5,988 bases of DNA from a virus (IMGVR_UViG_2778260995_000009:1-5988); one strand, 5' to 3'; counted from the first letter of the stretch, positions 1-5,878 are shown. Notes: generated by a model not told the origin, from the letters alone. Program-made: numbers and translations.

Positions 1-582
1 GAATTATCGCTGGCTGAATTATCCTGGTGGGCGGTCTGCAATCAGGTGGCGGACGCGCTACCAGAGGCAGCATTACGCCGTTCGCTGGGGTTGCGTGCGG
101 AAAAAATCCGCTCAATGTACCGTGAAAGCGACATCGTACCGGGAGAGCAGACCGCCACCAGCATACTGAAGCAGCGCACAAAAAATATTGCGCCGTTGCC
201 TCACGCCCACCAGCAACAGAATCCACCACAGGAAAAGACGGTGGTCAGCATTGCCGTTGATCCGGAGTCACCGGCTCAGTATCTCCAGCGCCAGAAACCA
301 CAACGGGAAGAGATGCCTGTATACACGCGTTGGGTAAAAACGCAGAAATGCATGACGTGTGGCAATCAGGCAGATGATCCGCATCACATCATGGGTCATG
401 GACTGGGAGGGATGGGAACAAAGGCTGATGATTTGTTTGTTATTCCGCTGTGCCGTAAATGCCATAGCGAACTACACGCCGGGGTAAAAGATTTTGAAGA
501 AAAACACGGCAGCCAGCTGTTGTTGCTGATTCGTTTTTTAATGCACGCGAGAAATTCGGGTGTCCTGAAGTGGAAAGCATGA
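1..582 (+). CDS. NinG/DUF968-like phage protein with HNH-type zinc-finger motif (5' partial; frame is open from base 1)
   Basis: Frame 1 has no stop from position 1, so the gene begins upstream of the window. C-terminal motif CMTCG...DDPHHI...PLCRKCHSELH is a Cys/His HNH-like signature typical of DUF968 proteins found before rusA in lambdoid prophages. Stop TGA at 580-582 overlaps the rusA ATG region. Confidence 0.6.
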   Translation, partial: ELSLAELSWWAVCNQVADALPEAALRRSLGLRAEKIRSMYRESDIVPGEQTATSILKQRTKNIAPLPHAHQQQNPPQEKTVVSIAVDPESPAQYLQRQKPQREEMPVYTRWVKTQKCMTCGNQADDPHHIMGHGLGGMGTKADDLFVIPLCRKCHSELHAGVKDFEEKHGSQLLLLIRFLMHARNSGVLKWKA

Positions 583-948
583 ATGACTGAACGCATAGAA
601 TTTGTTTTGCCTTACCCGCCAACGGTGAACACTTACTGGCGACGTCGTGGCAGCACATATTTTGTATCAAAAGCCGGTGAGCGTTATCGCCGTGATGTGG
701 CGCTTATTGTTCGCCAGCAGCGACTGAAATTAAACCTGTCCGGACGGCTGGCGATAAAGATTATTGCAGAGCCACCGGATAAACGTCGTCGTGACCTGGA
801 CAATATCCTGAAAGCACCACTGGATGCGCTGACGCATGCCGGACTTCTCATAGACGACGAGCAGTTTGATGAAATCAATATTGTGCGCGGTCAGCTCGTT
901 CCTGGGGGGCGGCTGGGCGTGAAGATTTACAAAATTGAGAGTGAGTGA
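583..948 (+). CDS. rusA: Holliday junction resolvase RusA (crossover junction endodeoxyribonuclease)
   Basis: 121 aa, with LPYPPTVNTYWRRRG near the N-terminus, PDKRRRDLDN, DALTHAG, IDDEQ and GGRL matching my recollection of E. coli RusA (120 aa) including the acidic catalytic cluster. ATG at 583 immediately follows the upstream stop. Confidence 0.9.
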   Translation: MTERIEFVLPYPPTVNTYWRRRGSTYFVSKAGERYRRDVALIVRQQRLKLNLSGRLAIKIIAEPPDKRRRDLDNILKAPLDALTHAGLLIDDEQFDEINIVRGQLVPGGRLGVKIYKIESE

Positions 949-1502
949 TCGTAAATATGATATACCCGGAAATTACAGGCAAAAGCGGCGAGCATTTACG
1001 TCTAAAAACGCTGGAAGCCGTCTGGATCCAGGGGAAATTACGGATGTGGGGGCGTTGGTCGTACATAGGTGGTGGCAAACCAGGAAATATGTTCAATCAG
1101 TTGCTGGCATCCAAAACACTTACAAAAACTGCGATCAATGAAGCTCTGCGCAGAATAAAAAAATCAGGGATTGATAAAACTGAGCTGGAAGCGTTTTTGC
1201 GTGAGATGATCAACAGCAAGCAAAAGAGCGGGCTGGCTTATTGTACTGATGCCGAGGCGTTATGTATCGATCGGGTAATTAGTGAAGTGTTGGCAGAGCA
1301 TCCGGGATTGATTTGTATCCTCCGACAAAGATATGAAGGGCTGGGTATGAGCAAGCTGAAAATGGCAGAACAGTTAAAAAAGAATCACCCTGACTGGAGC
1401 CTGAAAACTTGTAGAAATCGCATTGATGTTTGGTTGGCGATGGCTGAAACCATGCTTTTCCTTCCAATGTGCGTGGCACTTCGGTGCTTTTCTGATAACT
1501 GA
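945..1502 (+). CDS. Late-gene antitermination protein Q (phage 82 / DLP12 QuuD-like family)
   Basis: Position directly after rusA. Motifs W..W near the N-terminus, CTDAEALCIDRV and a C-terminal helical region resemble QuuD-type Q proteins. Start is uncertain: GTG at 945 overlaps the rusA stop, alternative ATG at 957. Stop TGA at 1500-1502. Confidence 0.7.
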   Translation: MIVNMIYPEITGKSGEHLRLKTLEAVWIQGKLRMWGRWSYIGGGKPGNMFNQLLASKTLTKTAINEALRRIKKSGIDKTELEAFLREMINSKQKSGLAYCTDAEALCIDRVISEVLAEHPGLICILRQRYEGLGMSKLKMAEQLKKNHPDWSLKTCRNRIDVWLAMAETMLFLPMCVALRCFSDN

Positions 1503-1531
1503 TGATAGAAGTGCATCAGCTATCAATCTTG

Positions 1532-1560
1532 TTGACGTTCATCAAGGTCTGGACAATACT
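1532..1560 (+). promoter_or_regulatory. Sigma70-like promoter candidate: -35 TTGACG (1532-1537), 17-bp spacer, -10 AATACT (1555-1560)
   Basis: Hexamers and spacing read directly from sequence; lies between Q stop and the ATPase start. Could be the cassette's own promoter or the Q-dependent late promoter pR'. Confidence 0.3.
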
Positions 1561-1591
1561 TACGTTAAGTTCCAACATATGGAAGATAAGA

Positions 1592-2782
1592 ATGATATTT
1601 ACACGATTGAGATTTATCAATTTGTACGCTTTTGAGGATGCAGAGCTTAACCTGTCCTATCCAAGGAAACCTGTAAACATGCCTCTTGATGGGGAGTTTT
1701 TGGCTGGACGGCCTAAATTTTACTATAAAAAAGTCTGTATCATAACGGGGGGAAATGCTTCAGGTAAGACGTCACTAGGGCGAATTCTTTGTGGAATTCA
1801 GGTGTTTCTAAGAACCAAAGAGTTGCGGAGTAATCTGCGAGTGAATAATAAAAATAATGATGCTTCGTTTGAAGTGGACTTTGCTACGGAGGATCATTTT
1901 CATCATCGTTTGTATGTACGCTTTGCTACCAGTGAAGGCGGAGCGCACATAATCAAAGAAATTAAATATGGTTTTGTTCAAATAGCATTAAATGATTCTT
2001 GCCATAAAACCACAGAAAAACTGAATCAACTCTTTTCTGGAAGGGCCCCAGAAGATACAGAATATTTTTTTCAGGAACTAGCTACTGATAGCGAACCAGT
2101 TGTATTGGAGTTTTTCAAGCAACTTAAGTTTTTTGGTGGATGGTACTATTTGTTGTCTGAAACTAAAGAGAGTACCACTGCAATTTCAGGAATGAATAAA
2201 AATATTCTTGAAAGGATAATTCGCACTTTCGATTCAAGTATTATAGGAGTTACCGAGATGCTGGAGTCTGAAAGTGACGGGGATGAAAATAAATCATCTG
2301 CGGTTTATCTGATTAAATTTAAAAACTCTGATTCTCTTGTCGTTACCAGTAAAGGTGAAATAATTAACTCAGACCGTCTTTCTCGAGGAACATACGAGGC
2401 AGTGACGGTAGCGCATTTTATAAGCGCTATTATCTCTGATTGTGAAAGACTAGGTAAGCAATCTCTAATACCATCAATGACTTATTTTCTTGACGAGAAA
2501 TTGGCTTATACACATTCAGAGTTAGAGCGTATGATTGTGGCGCTGATTATATCTAATTTGAAAGAAAATACTCAGTTTTTCTATACAACGCATAACATGG
2601 ATATTTTTGAGTTGGATCTGCCTGTTCACTCGTTCATTTTTATTAAAAAAACGAAAGACTATTCGGAGTTTGTTGAAGCAAATTCAGTTGTTAAAAAAAA
2701 TGACCGTAGCATGCGAAACGCTGTTGAGAGAGATGTCTTTGGTGTCTTACCTGACACATCATTAGTATCGGAGCTACTCTGA
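1592..2782 (+). CDS. ABC/OLD-family P-loop ATPase (AAA_15/AAA_21-like), component A of a candidate two-gene defence cassette
   Basis: Walker A GGNASGKTS (codons at 1748-1771), Walker B YFLDE (2483-2497) and H-loop-like YTTHN (about 2581-2595) in the order expected for ABC-type ATPases. N-terminus MIFTRLRFINLYAF fits the usual start of this family. GGAAG Shine-Dalgarno at 1581-1585. The ORF track's 1502 start adds 30 implausible hydrophobic residues overlapping the promoter-like element. Gene is markedly AT-rich. Confidence 0.8.
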   Translation: MIFTRLRFINLYAFEDAELNLSYPRKPVNMPLDGEFLAGRPKFYYKKVCIITGGNASGKTSLGRILCGIQVFLRTKELRSNLRVNNKNNDASFEVDFATEDHFHHRLYVRFATSEGGAHIIKEIKYGFVQIALNDSCHKTTEKLNQLFSGRAPEDTEYFFQELATDSEPVVLEFFKQLKFFGGWYYLLSETKESTTAISGMNKNILERIIRTFDSSIIGVTEMLESESDGDENKSSAVYLIKFKNSDSLVVTSKGEIINSDRLSRGTYEAVTVAHFISAIISDCERLGKQSLIPSMTYFLDEKLAYTHSELERMIVALIISNLKENTQFFYTTHNMDIFELDLPVHSFIFIKKTKDYSEFVEANSVVKKNDRSMRNAVERDVFGVLPDTSLVSELL

Positions 2783-3315
2783 TGGCGGGGTTGTCTAAAA
2801 TAAGAATAATTTTTGTCGAAGGTGAAACAGAAAACTCTCTTTTTCTGAAGATGAAACAACAGAGAGTTATTGATGCCAAATCAATTGTAAAAAGAAACTT
2901 TTGGCAAGAGAGCATAAGAAATTATGCGATTACTATTCCGAAGGGAAGTGATATACTAATTGTCTTTGATAGTGATGAAGTGGAGCAATCTGCAAGATTC
3001 ATTGAAAATGTAAAGTTCCTTAAAAACAGAGGGCATAAAGTTTATCTTTTGCAGCAGAAAAGAAATTTTGAGGAGGAGTTGGCCTGGTGTTGCGGAATTC
3101 CTGTAAAAAAACTAATTGCTGGGTTCTGTGCAAAAAAAACATCGGGTATAAATGATTTCAAGAGAGATTTTATTGCTTGTAACAATCAACTTTCAAAGTT
3201 ACTGAAAATGGGCATGCAGGAAACTAAGTGGTTTACAAGAGATTTACATGCTGTATTGGAGCCTGTTGCAAGTTTTAAGTCATCTTTTTCTAAACATTTC
3301 AGGTTAACAAGATGA
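2782..3315 (+). CDS. Small TOPRIM-like protein (RloB/DUF4276/AriB-like nuclease candidate), component B of the defence cassette
   Basis: 177 aa. N-terminal IIFVEGETE (conserved Glu codons at 2818-2820 and 2824-2826) followed by ILIVFDSDE (DxD) matches the TOPRIM Glu plus DxD metal-binding arrangement. Start ATG overlaps the ATPase stop (TGATGG at 2780-2785); GGAG Shine-Dalgarno at 2770-2773. AT-rich like the ATPase. Confidence 0.7.
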   Translation: MAGLSKIRIIFVEGETENSLFLKMKQQRVIDAKSIVKRNFWQESIRNYAITIPKGSDILIVFDSDEVEQSARFIENVKFLKNRGHKVYLLQQKRNFEEELAWCCGIPVKKLIAGFCAKKTSGINDFKRDFIACNNQLSKLLKMGMQETKWFTRDLHAVLEPVASFKSSFSKHFRLTR

Positions 3316-3597
3316 TTTATTTTCTTTTTTGTTCAGCTGATTGTTTTTGTTTGTAAAATGTCTTGATTTTTTGCCAATAAACTGTTTCAATCCAGCTACG
3401 CTTCGCAAAGCTGTACCGCGAGGCGAATAGCAGACATGGACACCTGAAAGAATCCGCTTTATGCGAGTTTTTTTATGCCTGAAAAACGGCACAGAACATT
3501 AAACGCGCTGGTAGTTGTGAATACTGGTCTTTCAGCTTGCTGGCTTTTTCGACAAGAGGTATTGGTATATCACGTTAACCAGAAAAGGGGAAAAGGC

Positions 3598-3795
3598 ATG
3601 CTAAAACAGCAGGATATGACCGAAACCGCCAGAGTGGTGTTTAATGAATTAAGCGTCACCGAACCGGCGACCGTCGGGGAAATTGCGCAGAATACTTACC
3701 TTTCACGCGAACGCTGCCAGTTAATACTGACTCAGCTTGTTATGGCGGGTCTGGCAGATTATCAGTTCGGTTGTTACAGACGCCTTCCTCAGTGA
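3598..3795 (+). CDS. Small hypothetical protein (65 aa) with predicted helix-turn-helix / winged-helix character
   Basis: ATG at 3598 preceded by purine-rich Shine-Dalgarno AAAAGGGGAAAAGG. Segment TVGEIAQNTYLSRERCQLILTQLVMAGLA looks like an HTH recognition unit. The track's longer ORF from 3475 has no RBS and an implausible N-terminus. Fold assignment is inference only. Confidence 0.45.
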   Translation: MLKQQDMTETARVVFNELSVTEPATVGEIAQNTYLSRERCQLILTQLVMAGLADYQFGCYRRLPQ

Positions 3796-3850
3796 AGGTT
3801 TTTTAATTTGTGGTAATGGGCGGCTGGTGGGTGTTAGCGGCACCTGCCAG

Positions 3851-3899
3851 CCATCTGCTCATGCGTTGGGGTCACAAGCAAACCTCAGGCCCATCTGCT
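3851..3899 (+). repeat. Two direct repeats CCATCTGCT (3851-3859 and 3891-3899), 40-bp period, each followed by (A)TGCG
   Basis: Read directly from sequence; located in the intergenic region between the small HTH gene and the methyltransferase start, so possibly operator-like sites. Confidence 0.3.
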
Positions 3900-3945
3900 T
3901 TGCGCAAAAGCGGTATGAGCCTATCAGAGAAGTGCTTATTGATCT

Positions 3946-4995
3946 ATGGCCAATACTGTAAAAATATCCAGTTGTGAGTTAATCAACGCTGATTGCCTGG
4001 AATTTATCCAGACCTTACCGGAAAATTCTGTCGATCTGATAGTCACAGACCCGCCATACTTTAAAGTGAAGCCCGAGGGCTGGGATAACCAGTGGGAGGG
4101 CGACGATGATTACCTGAAATGGCTGGACCAGTGTCTGGCGCAGTTCTGGCGGGTACTGAAGCCTACCGGAAGTCTTTACCTGTTCTGTGGTCATCGCCTG
4201 GCATCTGACACCGAAATCATGATGCGTGAGCGCTTTAATGTGCTGAACCACATTATCTGGGCGAAGCCGTCCGGACGCTGGAACGGGTGCAATAAGGAAA
4301 GTCTGCGGGCGTATTTTCCGGCAACAGAGCGCATTCTGTTTGCAGAACATTATCAGGGACCGTATCGCCCGAAAGATGATGGCTATGTGGCACAGGGGCG
4401 CGAGCTAAAACAGCACGTCATGGCCCCGCTGATTTCTTACTTTCGTGATGCGCGTAAATCACTGGGAATAACGTCAAAACAGATAGCGGAAGCCACCGGA
4501 AAGAAAAACATGGCTTCGCACTGGTTTGGTACCAGTCAGTGGCAGTTACCGAACGAGGGTGATTACAACAAATTGCAGGCGTTGTTTGCGCGTGTTGCGG
4601 CAGAAAAACATCAGCGCGGGGAACTGGAAAAGCCACACCACCAGCTGGTCAGCACATACAGTGAGCTGAACCGGCAGTATACGGAACTGCTGAGTGAATA
4701 TAAAAATTTGCGGCGGTATTTCGGTGTGACGGCGCAGGTTCCGTACACCGATGTCTGGACGCATAAACCGGTGCAGTACTATCCAGGGAAACATCCGTGC
4801 GAAAAACCGGCAGAAATGCTGCAGCAGATAATCAACGCGAGCAGTCGTCCGGGAGACCTGGTTGCAGATTTTTTTATGGGTTCAGGTTCAACGGTAAAAG
4901 CGGCGATGGCACTGGGGCGTTGTGCGATTGGTGTTGAGCTGGAGACAGGACGTTTTGAACAGACAGTCAGGGAAGTTCAGGATTTAATCGTTTGA
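3946..4995 (+). CDS. DNA N6-adenine methyltransferase (beta-class, motif IV before motif I), phage orphan-type
   Basis: DPPY catalytic motif near the N-terminus (VTDPPYF) and FxGxG SAM-binding motif near the C-terminus (DFFMGSGST). This order and spacing is typical of phage-encoded N6A methyltransferases. An in-frame TGA immediately upstream fixes the start at 3946. Confidence 0.85.
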   Translation: MANTVKISSCELINADCLEFIQTLPENSVDLIVTDPPYFKVKPEGWDNQWEGDDDYLKWLDQCLAQFWRVLKPTGSLYLFCGHRLASDTEIMMRERFNVLNHIIWAKPSGRWNGCNKESLRAYFPATERILFAEHYQGPYRPKDDGYVAQGRELKQHVMAPLISYFRDARKSLGITSKQIAEATGKKNMASHWFGTSQWQLPNEGDYNKLQALFARVAAEKHQRGELEKPHHQLVSTYSELNRQYTELLSEYKNLRRYFGVTAQVPYTDVWTHKPVQYYPGKHPCEKPAEMLQQIINASSRPGDLVADFFMGSGSTVKAAMALGRCAIGVELETGRFEQTVREVQDLIV

Positions 4996-5044
4996 AACGG
5001 ATGAGATTGCAGAATTAATTACGCACCATTATTATTCTGCTCCC

Positions 5045-5120
5045 GGCCCTTTAGCTCAGTGGTGAGAGCGAGCGACTCATAATCGCCAGGTCGCTGGTTC
5101 AAATCCAGCAAGGGCCACCA
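5045..5120 (+). tRNA. ileZ: tRNA-Ile2 (anticodon CAU, lysidine type; ileZ-like), 76 nt with encoded CCA
   Basis: Hand-folded cloverleaf: acceptor GGCCCTT/AAGGGCC, D arm GCTC/GAGC, anticodon loop CTCATAA (CAT at 5078-5080), T arm GCTGG-TTCAAAT-CCAGC. Resembles E. coli ileX/ileY. CAU could also be Met; Ile2 is inferred from similarity. Confidence 0.85.
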
Positions 5121-5127
5121 TCACATA

Positions 5128-5204
5128 CCGCCATTAGCTCATCAGGATAGAGCGCCAGCCTTCGAAGCTGGTTGCGCGGGGTTCGAGTCCTCGATGGCGG
5201 TCCA
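5128..5204 (+). tRNA. argN: tRNA-Arg (anticodon UCG), 77 nt with encoded CCA
   Basis: Hand-folded: acceptor CCGCCAT/ATGGCGG, anticodon stem CCAGC/GCTGG with loop CTTCGAA (TCG at 5162-5164), T arm CGGGG-TTCGAGT-CCTCG. The C1-G72 start is unusual, so the 5' end could be off by 1-2 nt. Gene symbol assigned by position only. Confidence 0.75.
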
Positions 5205-5217
5205 TTATCTGTACCCT

Positions 5218-5294
5218 GCGTTGTTAGCTCAGCCGGACAGAGCAATTGCCTTCTAAGCAATCGGTCACTGGTTCGAATCCAGTACAACGCGCCA
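5218..5294 (+). tRNA. argO: tRNA-Arg (anticodon UCU), 77 nt with encoded CCA
   Basis: Hand-folded: acceptor GCGTTGT/ACAACGC, anticodon stem ATTGC/GCAAT with loop CTTCTAA (TCT at 5252-5254), T arm ACTGG-TTCGAAT-CCAGT. Gene symbol assigned by position only. Confidence 0.8.
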
Positions 5295-5444
5295 CGCTTA
5301 TTTTTCCAGGCTCGCTTTGGCGGGTCTTTTTCATATCCGCGTCACGTCAGGCGCACATCAAACAAACACAGAATCTTTCAGGGGCGGGGTAGTCAGTGTG
5401 ACGTTCTCTGGAGACCTGTCACTTCCGGGGATAGGTGTTTTTAC

Positions 5445-5468
5445 GGGCTGCTGGTGGCCCTTTTTTAT
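5445..5468 (+). terminator. Possible intrinsic terminator: GGGC...GCCC short stem followed by TTTTTTATTT
   Basis: GGGCTGCTGGTGGCCC (5445-5460) then a T-run at 5461-5470. The stem is only about 4 bp, so this is weak. Confidence 0.25.
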
Positions 5469-5485
5469 TTACAGGAGAAAGAAGT

Positions 5486-5878
5486 ATGTCTGAACCCTTA
5501 TCCGGTTCCGGTACGGCTGCGGCGCTCGGCGGGGCGACGGTATTCGGGCTGTTTACCGGAACGGATTTCGGGATTGTGTTTGGTGCATTCGCCGGGGCGT
5601 TGTTCGTGGCCACGATGCCGCAGGCGTTTTCAGGCTGGCGAGTGGCAGCACATTTTCTGGTGTCATTTATTGTTGGCGTGCTGGGTGCACGTGCGTTGTC
5701 AGCCTGGGTTGCATCAAAAACAGGTTATGACGGTACATCGGCGGATGCACTGTGTGCGGTGCTGGTGTCAGTGATGTCGGTAAAGATTCTGGCATTCATC
5801 CACCAGCAGGATATTGCAGCGCTGATATCCGGTTTGTTCTCCCGCCTGCGGAGTGGAGGTGGTGGCAATGCCAGATAA
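5486..5878 (+). CDS. Hypothetical Gly/Ala-rich membrane protein, possible holin-like lysis protein
   Basis: ATG at 5486 with strong Shine-Dalgarno AGGAGA (5473-5478). Several hydrophobic Gly/Ala-rich stretches (GGATVFGLFTG, IVFGAFAGALFVA, FLVSFIVGVLGA). Sits where lambdoid phages place lysis genes. No specific family recognised. Confidence 0.45.
   Translation: MSEPLSGSGTAAALGGATVFGLFTGTDFGIVFGAFAGALFVATMPQAFSGWRVAAHFLVSFIVGVLGARALSAWVASKTGYDGTSADALCAVLVSVMSVKILAFIHQQDIAALISGLFSRLRSGGGGNAR

Noticed and set aside
268-670. Minus-strand ORFs 268..465, 396..596, 440..670 (65-76 aa)
   Set aside because: They lie entirely antisense to the well-supported NinG-like and rusA genes, are short, and have no recognisable motifs or RBS; they are shadow ORFs.
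1502-1591. N-terminal 30-codon extension of the ATPase ORF starting at 1502
   Set aside because: The extension is hydrophobic and low-complexity, overlaps the Q stop and the promoter-like element, and has no RBS; ATG 1592 with a GGAAG Shine-Dalgarno gives a canonical ABC-ATPase N-terminus.
935-1635. Overlapping alternative-frame ORFs 935..1141, 1279..1479 (-) and 1423..1635
   Set aside because: Each is out of frame with or antisense to the Q gene or the cassette leader and is short with no motifs.
3399-3425. Imperfect inverted repeat CGCTTCGC / GCGAGGCG (8-bp stem, 11-nt loop) downstream of the TOPRIM gene
   Set aside because: Not followed by a U-tract and contains a mismatch, so it is not convincing as an intrinsic terminator; may be incidental.
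3440-3475. T-rich run (GCGAGTTTTTTT) after the cassette as a possible terminator
   Set aside because: The preceding sequence forms at most a 3-bp stem (CGC/GCG), so there is no stable GC-rich hairpin.
3475-3597. Longer 106-aa version of the small HTH ORF starting at 3475
   Set aside because: ATG at 3475 sits within a T-run with no Shine-Dalgarno, whereas ATG 3598 has a strong purine-rich RBS; the extra N-terminal residues look non-proteinaceous.
4015-4794. Minus-strand ORFs 4015..4350 (111 aa), 4418..4636 and 4546..4794
   Set aside because: Antisense to the methyltransferase, whose DPPY and FxGxG motifs unambiguously define the + strand as coding.
5295-5485. Shiga-toxin (stxAB) or other toxin cargo between the tRNAs and the lysis region
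   Set aside because: Only about 190 bp of non-coding sequence is present; there is no ORF that could encode StxA or StxB.
5099-5774. ORFs 5099..5287 (-), 5172..5774 (+) and 5419..5613 (-) overlapping the tRNA cluster and spacer
   Set aside because: They overlap three clearly folded tRNA genes and the out-of-frame membrane-protein gene; they are artefacts of GC-rich structured RNA sequence.
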